Shown here: piece after piece, positions 1 to 13,109 of the stretch
Position numbering within the stretch: position 1 is the stretch's first letter
Layout of the letters: the number at the start of each line of letters is the position of its first letter
Assembly (NCBI RefSeq): GCF_006345805.1
Contig: NC_043005.1
Span: 56,048,001 to 56,112,000 of the forward strand
From: Octopus sinensis
Taxonomy: Eukaryota
Direction of reading: 5' to 3'
Length of the DNA stretch: 64,000 nt
The notes under the pieces: generated by a model
The model's database searches: none
What the model was told of the DNA's origin: nothing
What the model saw: only the letters and a program-made list of their open reading frames with translations
Position numbers and translations under genes: made by a program

Positions 1-363
1 GAAATGGCAGCCAAATTTCTTTCAAATTACACCTCCCAGTCCAAAATTTAGAAAAGATTTGAGCAATGTAGTCCTTGACATTCAACATCATATATGGTAG
101 AATGGTTATGGGTAGCAATAAACATCACTATTAATGACAGCGATATTTTTATTATTTTTTATTAAATCATCATGCATCAAATGTTTCAACCAAGTCATCT
201 TTATACATATTTATTTATAGTGAATTAAATAATAGATTATTTGTTAATCTGCATTGTCTGTTCTCAGAAAGATATCCTTTGGGTGGGTTTTTTTTCCCCT
301 ATTTTATGTAAAAATACATACATGCATACACACATTCATATATAAATAATGATAATAATAATA

Positions 364-1085
364 ATCCTTTCTGCTGTAGGCTCAAGGCCTGAAATTTAAG
401 GGAGGGGAATAGTTGACTACATCGACCCCAGTGTTTCACTAGTACTTAATTTATCGACCCCGAAAGAATGAAAGGCAAAGTCAACCTCGGTGGAATTTGA
501 ACTCAGAACACGAAGACAGATGAAATGCTAAGCATTTTGCCCGGCATACTAACAATTCTGCCAGCATGTGGCCTTAATAGTAATAATAATAGTTTCAAAT
601 TTTGCCACAGTTTTCAACTGGTCCTTAATTTATCAACTCTGAAAGGATGACTTAATAATAATAATAATAATAATAATAATCCTTTCTACAATAGGCACAA
701 GGCCTGAAATTCGGGGAAGGGGTATAGTCAATTACATGAACCCCTAGTACTCAACTGGTACTTATTCTGTCAACCCTGGCAGCATTTGAACTTACAGACT
801 TACAGACGAAATCCCACTAAGCATTCTACTCCTGGGAGTCACTAATTTTGCTAGCTCGCCACCCTAATAATAATAAGTTTCAAATTTTGGCACGAGGCCA
901 GCAATTTCAGGGGGGGGGAATCAATTAGACCAACCCCAGTGATCAATTGATACATATTTTATCGATGTCAAAAGGATGTAAGGCAAAGTTGACCTCAGTA
1001 GAATTTGAACTCAGAATGTAAAGATGAATGAAATGCCTGCTAAACATTTACTCAGTGTGCTATTCTGTCTGCTCACCACCCAAAT
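364..1085 (-). mobile_element. Cluster of three near-complete and one fragmentary tRNA-derived SINE copies (family A) separated by (TAA)n
   Basis: Repeated block AAGGCCTGAAATT...ATCGACCCCAG...GATGAAAGGCAAAGT(C/T)(A/G)ACCTC...GAATTTGAACTCAGAA at ~364-578, ~679-865 and ~875-1085. The reverse complement has a pol III B-box-like GAGTTCAAATTC and the GCCTTTCATCCTT..GTCGATAAA core, which resembles the Nin/Deu-type SINE domain (from memory). Confidence 0.85.
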
Positions 1086-1097
1086 AATAATACTAAT

Positions 1098-1145
<48 letters not shown>

Positions 1146-1279
1146 CGTTCTTGTCCCATTTTGTATTTATATATATATATATATAAGAAGATTAATAATT
1201 ATATATATGTATTTTTTTTATATTACAATAGCTGATTCTTCACATCTAGTTATTTAAATTTCCTGTTTTGATTTGTTGG

Positions 1280-1310
<31 letters not shown>

Positions 1311-1883
1311 CACACACACAGAGGGAGAGAGAGATATAAATATTTATGTATGCATATATTATCCCATCTTTTTGTGTGTGTATGTGTATGGCTTGTGTTC
1401 TTTGCTAATTAAGATGATAGAAAGTGGTTTGCGGGAAATTTTACTCCTATTTCTAGCAGGTCAAGTGTTTGCATAGAGGACTTCCCCTTTCCTTATTGGC
1501 TTGAAGTAAACTTGGTTGTTGTTGCTTAGCTGCAAATCAGCCACAATTGAACAGACCTAGAAAGAAGGACGGTCCTGTTGTGACTATCCTACCTTATTGT
1601 ATATCTGAGACAGGAAGTACATTATAGCCCTTGTTTAAGATGGTATGGTAATTTTAGGGAAATGTGGCTACTATTTCCAGCAGATTGAGTGGCCATGTAG
1701 ATGTTTTTTGTTGAATAATGGAACCATATTTTGATGTCACTACACAGATTAGGATACATATTGTTATGTAGTGATACAGCTTGCAGACTAGCTAATACCC
1801 TTGTCTACCAGAAAATAATTCACTCTCTCATCGTATTTCATTCCTTCAGTAAGGTGATTGGTGTCAATGGCATTGAGATTTAC

Positions 1884-2101
1884 TTAACCCTTTAGCATTT
1901 AATCCAGCCCAGATATTCTATATGTTTTATGTTAAAACGGACCAGATCCAACCTCTCACACCAAACCTACATTGTCATTCTGAAAATATACACACACACC
2001 ATTGAAATCTTGAAGCTACAAGATAATGCATGATTAATTCAAAACAATGTAAATTAATAAGCATTACATTTGACAAAGAAATCGGAATGCTAAAGGGTTG
2101 A
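1884..2101. mobile_element. piggyBac-type MITE (family E)
   Basis: Termini TTAA-CCCTTTAGCATT ... AATGCTAAAGGG-TTGA: 12-bp TIR with CCC/GGG ends and a TTAA-like target. Related copies at ~34702-34884 and 56597-57051, partial at ~24840-25056 and ~36220-36440. Confidence 0.75.
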
Positions 2102-2445
2102 GGAGTGGCTAGGAGGGTTGCCAAGGTTGAGAGGAAGGGCTGATAGTGATTTGGTTACATATGTACATATGTTTACTTATGCATCATTATACTGAGGATT
2201 GTACAAAAACTTTGATCGCATTTTTTTTTCTTTGTTTTGTTTTTAGACATTAAATTAGTCCTTGAGGTAAATTTTGTCTTGATTAGATAATCTGTCGATT
2301 GAAGTTTTTCAGCTCTCTATATTCCATCAATATGACCCAAATATAATGCCTTATATTGACTCTTAGTGATAACAGGACAGTTTTAACCAGCAGAAACAGT
2401 TGCATGCTTAAGGAAGTTCAAATATAATGACTAAAACCTCCAAGA

Positions 2446-2688
2446 CAGTGGTTCTCAACCATTTGTTCCTATGGACCCCTTTGATTCCTATTTTCATCTA
2501 CTGGACCTCCATAGCCATTTATTGTATATTAACAAATATCTTACTGTATTTTTATATTTAATTATCATTAGGAATTGTATAACAAAAATTTATTGTAGAA
2601 GTATTAGCACTTTATTGCTCATAAATTTTAACAACAAAATCTTACACGGGCTGTAAAGGGCCACATGGACTCTGGCTGAGAACTACTG
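2446..2688. mobile_element. hAT (Charlie-like) MITE
   Basis: TIR CAGTGGTTCTCAACC / GGCTGAGAACTACTG (13/15 match). Flanks CTCCAAGA and CTCTAAGA form an 8-bp TSD with 7/8 identity. Confidence 0.8.
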
Positions 2689-3679
2689 CTCTAAGAGAAT
2701 ATTTGTAATAGTGGTTGTTTAACCCCTTGCCTGTTTGGATCCAGCAGATCTGTGTTTAAAATCATTCCAGTTGTGTATATTCTTTGTTTTATTTTTCTTA
2801 GACATTAAGTGTCTGGTATGGTTAGATGTGAGAGTGTTTTAGTTGCTATTTCTAGCAGGTTGAGTGACTATGTAAAAGGCTCCTTTCATTGGCAATGTTG
2901 TTGATGTTATTGTTATAGCTGTTGTTGCTTGGCTCTAGGTTAACCCTAAATGAAGTAGACCTATAACTGAAGGTATCACATTCGCAATCATATTCTATCT
3001 CACCTAGGCACAGAAGGTACAGTGTACATAGAACCATGTCATCCAGCATGTTTTGCTTTCCTAAGACTGTAGGATGCAATTTGGGAATGATTTGGCTGCT
3101 ATTTCCAGCAGGCTGATCAACCATGTAAACTTCTCTTATTGGGATTATTAATATTGTAGTTGATGTGACTGTTATTGTTGTTTAACCCCAGGTCAGCCCT
3201 GATCCCTCAGGCTTATGAACAAAAGCGACCATTCTAACAGCAGCCATTGTCATTTTTTTTTTTTACGATAGTGTATCTTGGACTACAATTTCAAAAGTCT
3301 TTTTTCCCTTTTCCATTTATTAAATGAAAGTGTTATGTGATTTGAAAGAGATTTGAAGAGAACGACTGATAGATGACCTTGTTGGCTCAAAGTTAATTAA
3401 ATTTTTTCTTTTCTGTTTAGTCCCATCTCACCTCCAAGCAAATGTCCCTAGATCAATCCTTTTCAAGTAAATCTATGATTAAAGTCATTCCAACCACGAC
3501 AGTTTCAACTAAATTGCTGAATGACTGCATAAAGGCCTTGTTTTGTCCAGGTGTGCTTTAATTAAATGCATCTATTCAGATGTATTCTATTCTTGGCCAT
3601 CCCAACTTTTCTGACATAGTTCGAGAGAACAATGTTCAGTGTCCTTCCATTTCTTTTTTTTTTTTTTGTTTATCTGTTT

Positions 3680-3925
3680 ACCTTTTATTTCAGTCATCAG
3701 ACTATAGCCATACTGGAGCACTACCTTGAATTTTTAATCAAAGGAATTGACCCCAGTACTTAACATTTTAAGCCTGGTACTTATTTTGTCAGTCGCTTTG
3801 CTGAGCCACTAAGTTACACAACACTAGTTGTCAAGCAGTGGTAGGGGATAAACACAGACGTAATGACACCCACACATATACAGTGGGCTTCTTTCAGTTT
3901 CTGTCTATCAAATCCACTCACAAGG
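3680..3925 (-). mobile_element. SINE, head C + microsatellite + tail B (partial)
   Basis: Matches the full-length copy at 32926-33357 in reverse: TTTCAGTCAT..GACT..GCCAT.CTGGAGCA ... CTAAGTTAC ... TTGTCAAGC, then (CA)-rich linker and CTTCTTTCAGTTT...CAAATCCACTCACAAGGC. Confidence 0.85.
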
Positions 3926-4213
3926 CCCAAGGCAAAATTTGTACCACACAGCTATGTCTGCGCCTACAAAAATATTTAATAGGGCTCCATATAACTCCTG
4001 GTAGAGATTGAAACCTCCATCTTGAGATCATATTACTACTTATCAACACCTTTATTTACAAGGCCATCAAAGCTATATAAAAAAACAAAAAACAAAATAC
4101 AGACATGTTATTTAAAGGAGATTTAGTTCTTTCATTCTCTAGCAACTTTTTTCTTTCTTTCTTTCTTTTTTTTTTGTTATATCAAGTGTTTTATTTTCGT
4201 TTTGATGTAACAG

Positions 4214-4276
4214 AGGTCAGGTTGTTGAGGAAAGAGGAGAAAGCTGAGCACAGAAATCTTCAAAAGTCAGCATTTT
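4214..4276 (+). CDS. Candidate internal exon (63 nt) of an unidentified gene
   Basis: Long polypyrimidine tract 4145-4200, acceptor gtaacag, donor gtaaga. The single open frame is (x)VRLLRKEEKAEHRNLQKSAF, phase 1-1. No recognisable homology. Confidence 0.25.
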
Positions 4277-4624
4277 GTAAGAAGTTTAACATCCTATCTA
4301 AAGTTAAGAAAACAGAATTTCTATCAAACAAATTTTTTTTATAAAATAGTTGTTTGTTGTCTAGCCCCAGTTCAATTCTAATCATGTAGGCATATGATCA
4401 AATGGTTGTATCATCATCATAATTTAACATCCGTTTTCAATGCTGATATGGGTTGGAAGGATTGACAGGAACTGATAAGGCCAGGGGCCCACACCAGGCT
4501 CCATAGTCTGTATAGTTATGACTACACTGATCACATTTTCCGATACATCCTTTTGTTTTTATTGTGATAGGGTATGATTGAGTGAAATTTGGGTGCTATT
4601 TCTAGCAATTCAAGTATCTTTTAT

Positions 4625-4980
4625 CTTTTACTTGTTTCAGTCATTAGACTGCGGCCATGCTGGGGTACTGTCTTGAATGAATCGACGCCAGTATTTATGT
4701 TTTTTTTGTAAAGCCTGCTGCTTATTCAGTCAGCCTCTTTTGCTGAACTGCTAAGTTACAGGGATGTAAATGTCCTAACACTAATTGTCATGTGGTGACG
4801 GGGAACACAAACACACACACACGCACGCAGTGGTCTTCTTTCATATTTTCTCCCTATCAAATCTACTGAAGTTTTTAGTCAGACTGAGGCTATAGTATAG
4901 ACATTTGCCCAAGGTGCCATGCAGTGGGACTGAACCTGGTACCATGCGGTCGGGAAGCAAACTTCTTGCCACACAGCCAT
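4625..4980 (-). mobile_element. SINE, head C + microsatellite + tail B
   Basis: Tail TTTTACTTGTTTCAGTCATT, (CA)n linker, and head ...TTGCCCAAGGTGCCATGCAGTGGGACTGAACC...TTGCCACACAGCC. Confidence 0.9.
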
Positions 4981-5469
4981 AATGTAATTTTTACTTGAAA
5001 CTAATCTTAGCTCATAGTTCTGTACAATATTTCTTCCATTTTTTCTCTCTATTTGATGTGTGTATGTGTGTGTGTATACATATATGTACACACACATACA
5101 CACACACATATTCTCTCTTGTCTTTTTTTCTGTCATTGCATCATCATTGCAAACACTTTGGTAGCTTCACATTTGTTTTTTCCCAATATTTGCAGTGTAA
5201 TTCTTCATATGACATTTTCTTGAATCAATACCCTTCAGACAATCATGAGTAAGAAGACTATAAGCTTAATAGATAATTTAATCTTTCTTCAAACCAGTTC
5301 CAGACCCAATAAGTGATCAAAGTCATTTTTTTTTCACACCATCAAACAAACAAAAGTTCATAGCTTGTGGCTCCCCAGTCAAACCTAAAAGTTCCTTTCA
5401 TGAAAAATAACGTATGTATCAAAATATATCTCAGAAACCCAATGTTTGTTCCACATAAAATCCACCCAG

Positions 5470-5640
5470 TCTACTCTGTAAATTGGTTGGTGTTAGGAAG
5501 GGTCCCCAGCCATGGAAACCATGCCAAAGCAGACACTGGAGTTTGGTCCAGTCCTCTGGCTCACCAGCTACTGTCAAACTTCCCAACCCATACCAACATG
5601 GATGGTGGATGTTAAATGATGATGATGATGATGGTGATGA
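5470..5640 (+). mobile_element. RTE-LINE 3' end (family D), 5'-truncated
   Basis: GGTTGGTGTTAGGAAGGG...CCAACCCATACCAACATGGA...GTTAAATGATGATGAT, the same 3' terminus that follows the RTE ORF at 21475-22347. Confidence 0.75.
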
Positions 5641-6515
5641 TGAATACTGACAAAAGAAATTTGAACTGGTGAAAATACATTTTCATTGAATAGAAGGAGA
5701 AGGCTCCGCAAAATGGGGGATTTGTTGCTAAGACTAAAATGAAAAATGGTAGAGATGTTGTTATTGGCAACTGATAGGTGTTGTGTTAAGACACCTCATT
5801 AATTAAGTAAGTGTGCAGCTATGTCAGCAAAGGATCTGACACTGCTGTGTATGCTCTTCTGCAAGAAAACCTGATTATGTGACCCAGTTCCACTTGAGAA
5901 AAATACACCAGCAACATTGAAGCATCTTGGTAAATTTTTAAAGCTTGTGTATCGTATGTGTATGTATGTTTGTGTGTCTCCTTGTCTTAACATCATGTGA
6001 CAGTTGTAAAAATGTGTTCCTGTCACACAAGCAGTGTTATTCATTTCCAATATTTTGCGAAAGTATGTTTGACTATGGAGAAATATTAATTTACTAGGAA
6101 ATAGGTTAGTGTTGATGACAGGAAGGGCATCTGGCTTTAGATGATTTAGGGCAGATTATAATCTGCCTCAATATATTCTTTCTGGCCCATGTAAGCATGG
6201 AAAGGTGGACATTAAGACTATGTTGTTAATATGATGATGATGACAATCTCTAGAACTACATTAGCCTACTATGTTCACTTTTTTTTCAAAAGATAGTATA
6301 CATGAGTTGATGGAGATAGTAGATTGATCAACAATGTCAAAGTTACTTGGTTGACTTATCATATGTAATCATATTCAGGTGTAGATTTACTCTTTTTTTT
6401 TGTTGTTAACATTGGTAAAGGAACTGTTTTCAGTGTGTGGTAGAATGAAATCATTGATTAGCCATTTTAACCCTTTCAGTACCAACTCCTCTGAGACCCC
6501 TCTGATTCTCTACTG

Positions 6516-7279
6516 CAGCGGTCCCCAACCTATTTTTTATTTTGTTTGCACCCACAAACTGGTTTCATGCGAGACAATTTTCTACGGACCAGAAAATCAC
6601 ACTCATAACAAAACACAAAATGCAAACAAGTGCTTATATGCAGTGGAAACCCATATGAGAGATTCTCTCATGGTAACTATCACAGTATTCAGTTTTTGAC
6701 ACAACATCCACTTCTAAGTGGGGATAAATATTACCTTTTGATATTAATACTGCTTCTGTTGCTAATATCATCATCATCATCATTCTTTAGTATCTGTTTT
6801 CCATACTGGCATGGATTGGGCAGTTTAACCAGAGCTGGCTAGCAGGAGAACTGCACCAGATTCCAGTCTGATTTGGCTTGGCTTCTATGGCTGGATGCCC
6901 TTCCTAATGCCATCTACTTTACAGTGTGTGCTGGATGTTTCTTAAGCGGCACCAGCATGGGCACTGTCATGTGGCATTGACTTGGCTGCTATTACATGGC
7001 ATTGGTGCTGGTGCTTTTTACAGGCCAACCTCTTCAGCAGGGGGAGCATGGCATTAACACTTCTATTGTGGAGGACAGGTCTTCTTGGGTATTATATAAT
7101 AATTATCATTAAATTTAATCATTACATATATAATACATATATAATGCAAAAACCAAAGTGCTGACTGCAATAGTCAGTAAATTAGAAATAAGATTTTAAA
7201 ATTTATTCATTCTGTGCAGTTTGGTACCAAATGACCCACTGCTCTGTATTGGTCTGTGACCTGGGTGTTGGGGACCCTG
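6516..7279. mobile_element. hAT-like non-autonomous element with a nested RTE 3'-end insertion (~6770-7030, - strand)
   Basis: Left end CAGCGGTCCCCAACC, right end TGTTGGGGACCCTG. A related fragment lies at ~8610-8760. No clear TSD. Confidence 0.55.
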
Positions 7280-8086
7280 AAGAACTTTTTATGTTCTAAA
7301 ACATCAGTTAAAAAATGATTGTCAGGTATTTTATGAAATTCCTCAAGTTTTGATTATTTTCGAAAGTATTCAAAATGATAGCCAAGGCATTTCATAGGAA
7401 ATGTGGTGATGAAAAGGTTAAAACTGATATTAATTTACTGGAATCTGGAAATTACGTTTCCCTAATATATCTCTTTGCCATTGACAACATGAGGAAAAAC
7501 AAAAAGGAACTGATTTACTTGAATTCAAAGAAGAAATAAATTAGCAGAAATTCTATCCATTTTATATGGAAAATAAATTTGCCTCAGCAATATCAATAAA
7601 TTAAAAACAGAAGTATAGAAAATGATTTAGAGCAAGCTTTTAGGAAGTAGGTGATTTGATATATTTTATTGATGCCTAGCATAACTGGATTGTTGACTTG
7701 TTTGATTGATTGGCTAATATGCTGATACATCCTGGTATTTAATGATTAGGCATTAATTGGTGCTGAAATATTTCTGATGCGTATCAATTTATTGTAATTA
7801 TTGATGGCTTATAAAGAACAGCAGGGTTACTATGGCAAATCTTTACTGTGTAATGTGAGTGACCTAAACCTGAACTAAATCTTAACAATGAAGCTTAATC
7901 GACGAGCCATACTTCATCAAATTAAAGGCAGAATACTTTTCATTTTTCTTTCTTCTTTCTATTTTTATTTTTATTTTTTTCCCCACAAGAAACATATTGT
8001 GTGTGATGTAGATCTTCCTTTTAACTTTTACCTTGGACATGACTGGAATAAAATGCTGGTTCTCTCTAAATCTCTACACTTCACAG

Positions 8087-8104
8087 CAGAGCAGACTACA
8101 GATT
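8087..8104 (+). CDS. Candidate 18-nt microexon
   Basis: ttctctctaaatctctacacttcacag CAGAGCAGACTACAGATT gtgagt; frame-preserving and open in all three frames. Confidence 0.25.
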
Positions 8105-10209
8105 GTGAGTGGAAAATTTCTGGATTAATTACCAATCTATTTGTACCGTATAGTTTATGTCCTTTGAAAATCCTTTTTGGAAGTGTTATTTAGTCCCAGA
8201 TCAATCCTGATTGATCAGATGTATGATCAAAGCTATTTCATCCATCATTTTAAGTACTTATTGGATAATGGACTGGATTATCAGATATGTTCAGTCCTTA
8301 TTTAAGATAGTGAGGAGTGATTTGAAGGTCATTTGACTATTGTTTCTATCTGGCTAAGTTATCTTGGTTGAACACACCTATATTCAAAGTCATTTTTATT
8401 GTGACAGCCTCATCATTATATGTTGGAGTACATTATTTAATATGTCTTTTATTTCTTGAAGGGTGTAATTTGACTTCTATTTCTATGAAGTCAACCAGTC
8501 ATATAGAGGCTTTCCCATTGTCTCATTTTCATTCACAGAAAAGCCATTTCAACAAATCTCATCTGACCCATGCAAACAGAAAAGTAAGTGTTTAAATGAT
8601 GATGATTTCAGTAGGAGTTGGCAACAGATGGATCACTGTCTGTGAGCCTCAAATATTTTCCAAGAATTTTTCAAATCTTATGTATTTGTTCCCCTGGTCT
8701 ATGGAAAAATTGTCTTGTATGAAACTGGTCCATGGTGTAAAGAGCTTTGGGACCATTGTCCTATAGGTTAAAATATAATATTTATCTTAACTAACTTGAA
8801 ATCATAGGATTACATCATCCATCAGTAAGAAAACGTAAGTTCTAGTAAAACAGTGTTTTCTACATGAAACTATGTTTGGAATGGAGTGTAAAAATGCTCT
8901 ACCAAACTTGCCCAAGCTACAGTTTTTATAGTCAAGTTCTCCCTGGGAGTTTCAGATCTTGTGCCAATTCAAACTGAAGCCATTTTATCACTTCAGCTTT
9001 ATTTGCAGCATTGAACTTCTTTTTAGGGTAACCACCACCACTACAACAACAGGACATTAGTTATTTAAGAAGTGATGCAACCATCTTGTTCAGCAGTAAA
9101 TCTTCTTTAACAGGTCAACACAAACTGAAACCAGTTACAAAGAGATGTTGTTTTGCCAAATACAACCAATCAATTTTAAATATACTTGATAAATATTAGA
9201 ACAAGTTATTTTTGAAACCCATTTCTACTAAACTTCAAGCTAACAAAAGGAGTCTTTCTGTGGTTACATAGCCTGCTAGAAATAGCAAACAAGTTACCTT
9301 CAAATTACACCTTACTGTCTTAAAAAAAATTGTAATAACATACTAAATAATGTTGTCTTGGATATGCTATGTCTGGAAAATAATTAGGAAAATATCAAGA
9401 TTTTACTCATAGGTTTGGTTTAACCCAAGTGTCTGCCACCAAACTGGTCTGTGAGATGTGGGAAATTGCAGCCTTAATATATCTCTTGGTTTAGCAACAC
9501 TGCCTAGCCCCTGGGTGCCTTTACTAACGGGAGTCTGTTCCATTGGTAGCATTCAGACCAAAGCTCTGATCTAAAGCCAACTACCTCCTTGCCTCTACCA
9601 GTTTTGAAAAAAACTGAGAAAATTCATGGGTATGAGATTGGTTTCTCCTCTGCAACTTTATGTAAGCCCTCACCTCCAACGCATATCATCTTTAAGAATT
9701 CAGCTATGAATACCTTAGGCCTATCACTTTCAATCTTTTGAATGTTTGAATTCAGTTTCATCAGTAAAAACTCCTATGGGTTTATAAAAGTTTTAGTTGG
9801 GGATCTCTCTAAGAAATCTAAATTACAATATTTTTTGCTAGTGTTATTTTTGTTACAGATGGGATCATTTCATGAAGTTATTTCCATTTCGTAATAGTTA
9901 CTTAGATGAAAGTAGTTGGGTGGGTGTATGAGGTGGATTGGATTAATGTAATATTTGCACAGGTAGAGATTAACAAAAGATTCAATTTCTATAGGACACA
10001 AAGTGGCATGAGGTGTTTAGTGTATAGTCAAATAGGATACAATGTACATGATGGGATGTTTTCCCAGTTTTGTGAGCTGAAAACAGACAAGTTCAACTTT
10101 GAAGAATGGTATAAAGTCAGGAAATATTATCCTCAATAATATGTCAAAAATTAAATTTGCAAATATATCCTATGCTAGTGTGAAATATAAACAAAATATG
10201 TGACAGAAA

Positions 10210-10870
10210 TAACTGCTTCTAATCTTAGGGATAAGGCTAGCAGTTTTGAGAGGAGAGGTTAGTTGATTTTATTGAACCCCAGTACTTGACTAATACTTTC
10301 TATCAACATCAGACAATTGAACAGTAAAGTTAGCTTCAGTAGGATTTGAATTCAGAATGTAAAGATTTACAATTACAAACTGCAAAGTATTTGCCCAATG
10401 TTCTTAGATTCTGCCAATCCAAATGTTACATTAGTTTATTGCTAGGCATAAAATGCTGGGCATAGGTATGACTGTATGGTTAAGAAATTCATTCTTACAC
10501 TCACATGGTTCTGAATTCAATCCCACTAAGTAACACCTTGGATAAGTGTCTTCTGTCATTGCCCAGGGTTAAACAATATCCTTTGAGTGGAATTTAATAG
10601 ATGGAAACTTCAAAAGCATGCAGTTTAGTGGTTAGGGTTTTGCACACATGATCGCAAGATCATGATTTGGATTCCCAAACCAGTGGTTGATTGTGTTCTT
10701 GAGCAAAACACTTCATTTCATGTTGTTCCAGTCCACCCAACTGTAAATGGGTAACCCTGCAACTGACTAGTCTTCTGATCAGGGGAAATGTTGACCTGCT
10801 AGCCTGCCTAGCCAGTGTGTTGTCATCATTCAAAAACAACTGTGAGGAAATGCATTGTGGCCAGCAGTGC
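10210..10870. mobile_element. Three adjacent SINE copies: family A (-, ~10210-10420), head C (+, ~10463-10610), family F (+, ~10616-10870)
   Basis: Each matches the diagnostic blocks of other copies in this window. Family F has a tRNA-like head plus TGTGTTCTTGAGCAAAACACTT..CCAGTCCACCCAACTGTAAATGGGTA, a CORE/V-like central domain. Confidence 0.8.
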
Positions 10871-11299
10871 GTAACAACATCTGATAATCTGGTTGATACA
10901 ACACACACACATACACACACACACTCTCTCTATCTCTCTCAACACACACAGTCACATATGCATTTATATCTTTTGGTGACATCTATCTGTAGTATTTGTT
11001 TCAGCCAAGTCGGGTAGACAATCTTCTTTGCCACTTTCTCCATTGTAATTACATGAGCCAGTGATTAGCTTGTTATGAACCCATAACCAAACCAAGTACT
11101 ACTGATCACAAAATCAGATATGAAATAAATAAATGCACATTAGATGTTTTGTGTAAAGTATATTCATTTACTAGTTTCACACTGTAGTCATTGGGCAGCA
11201 CAACTTTCAAGGTCTTTTTTCCATTACATCATCATTCTTAGTAATTATTTTATTGACATTAGATGGAGGAAAGGTAAAAGTAAAATCCAAGCAGGAATA

Positions 11300-11367
<68 letters not shown>

Positions 11368-11711
11368 CATACATACATACATACATACACATACATACAT
11401 ACATACATACACACATATATATATATATATATATATACATACACACACATATCATCATCATTTAATGTCCATATTCCATGCTAGCATGGGTTGGACGATT
11501 TGACTGAGGACTGGCAAACCAGATGGCTGCACCAGGCTCCAATCTTCATCTGGCAGAATTTTTACAGCTTTTTGCCCTTCCTAACGTCAACCACTCCTAG
11601 AGTATGGCCATTGCACAAAGCTTAACTGTTACTGGTGCTGTGATCGAATGTGACTTTTTAGCCCAGCTAAAGATCTACATACATACATACATACATATAT
11701 ATATATATATA

Positions 11712-11911
11712 TCATTTGCCATGATAGATCGCTAGCCACTACACATTCTTTATTTTCTCTCCCTGTTTCTTTCTGTGTTCCTTTCTGTGGAAGAGCGTAG
11801 GCTCGAAACATTAAAAACGTTTTCACTTCCCGAGCGTCAAACTAATACATCTGTTTGTTGTCTACACCACCTTTCTTCCTCTTTTGTTTTTTTGTGAATT
11901 CTCCCCCCCCC
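11712..11911 (+). mobile_element. Non-coding cassette 1 inserted in (TA)n, with a hammerhead-like motif
   Basis: 200-bp unique-looking block bounded on both sides by (TA)n; contains the motif at 11781-11817. Confidence 0.55.
11781..11817 (+). ncRNA. Degenerate minimal type I hammerhead ribozyme-like motif
   Basis: CTTT-CTGTGGA-A-GAGC-GTAG-GCTC-GAAAC-AT-T-AAAA. Perfect 4-bp stem II before GAAAC; core CUGUGGA vs CUGANGA; ACAT vs the palindromic ACGT stem III of minimal Penelope hammerheads; TTT/AAA stem I. Confidence 0.5.
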
Positions 11912-11912
11912 T

Positions 11913-11961
<49 letters not shown>

Positions 11962-12774
11962 ATCATCTTCATTTAACATCTGTTCTCCACATGATGGTCT
12001 GGACAGTTTGACTGAGGTCTGGAGAGCCAGTGGCTGCACCAGCTGCCAATCTGATCTGGCAATGTTTCTACAGCTGGCTGCCCTTCCTAACGCCAATCAC
12101 TCCAAGAGCGTAATGGGTGCTTTTTATGTGCCACCAGCACCAGAGCCAGTCAGGCATGTCTGGCATCGTTGGGATAGTGCTTTTTATGTGCCGCCAGCAT
12201 GGGGGCCAGTCAGTGGGTACTGGCATCAGCATCAAAAGGATTCACAGAGCTGAAGAAAATAACAATGAACAATGTAGATACACTACTTCAAATTCATCAC
12301 CCATAAACAAATCAATAAACGTTTTGGAAGAATTCACTATAGATCCTTCACTGGCCTACACACACACACACACATATACATACATATACAAATTCATAAT
12401 CCTGATATCGTTTTGAGTTTTAATGTCTTCATAGTTTAATACAGTTTTATGAAGATAAAGAAAAGCAGGAAATCCACCAACAAGAATTTAATATAATATT
12501 TTATAATTCATAGGATTACAGAAAATAAATATCCCCCACTTTTATTTTGTTTGCTTATCTAAATATTGCCCAACGCTTAAGTATTAGCTTTGGACTGGCT
12601 TTATTTACTTTCTCAGAATGAAAATTACATATGTGGAACACAAAACTATTCCGATACTAATTGGTTGTTGGTTTAATTGAGGCCATAATAGATATTTACT
12701 TATATAAATACTTAGGTATAGCATTTATATAAGTAAATACATTTACATCAAGATTTATATACATACACACACAT

Positions 12775-12990
12775 GGATGTGTATGTGTTTATGTGTGTGT
12801 ATGTGGATGTGTTTGTGTGTGTGTGTGTTGTGTATGTGTGAGTGTTTATGCATGTGTGAGTGTTTATGTATGTGTGTTTGTTTTTATGTATGTGTGTGTG
12901 TGTTTATGTATGTGTGTGTGTTTATGTGTATGTATATATGTATGTTTATGTATGTGTATGTATCTATGTTTGTTTATGTATGTGCATGTA
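12775..12990. repeat. Degenerate (TG)n/(TATG)n microsatellite
   Basis: Directly visible; source of the spurious CVCV ORFs. Confidence 0.95.
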
Positions 12991-13109
12991 TATAATTAAC
13001 CATAGCTCAGGATTGGGAGCTCATAAAGGATTAGAATAAAGTTTGAATGAAAGCTTTAAGTTTTATTTCAGAGTACCAGAGACAATCCTGGCTGAAATTC
13101 TACCTGTTA

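Larger units (their letters stand above)
11455..12235 (-). mobile_element. Two RTE 3'-end copies (~11455-11620 and ~11962-12235) flanking a hammerhead-like cassette
   Basis: (CAT)n-TTTAA..TCC...CCATG....TTTGACTGAGG..CTGCACCAG..CCCTTCCTAACG.CAA.CACTCC occurs twice. Confidence 0.8.

Noticed and set aside
5196-5248. Candidate 53-nt exon CNSSYDIFLNQYPSDNH with a gtaaga donor
   Set aside because: Its phase is incompatible with the neighbouring candidate at 4214-4276 and it has no independent support.
8932-9027. Open 96-nt + strand exon (SSSPWEFQ...) or minus-strand GYPKKKFNAANKAEVIKW Penelope-like fragment
   Set aside because: Neither peptide extends into recognisable motifs, and the two readings are mutually exclusive and unsupported.
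9859-9919. Candidate exon WDHFMKLFPFRNSYLDESSW after the acceptor ttttgttacag
   Set aside because: The donor is weak or ambiguous and there is no homology; it cannot be distinguished from chance.
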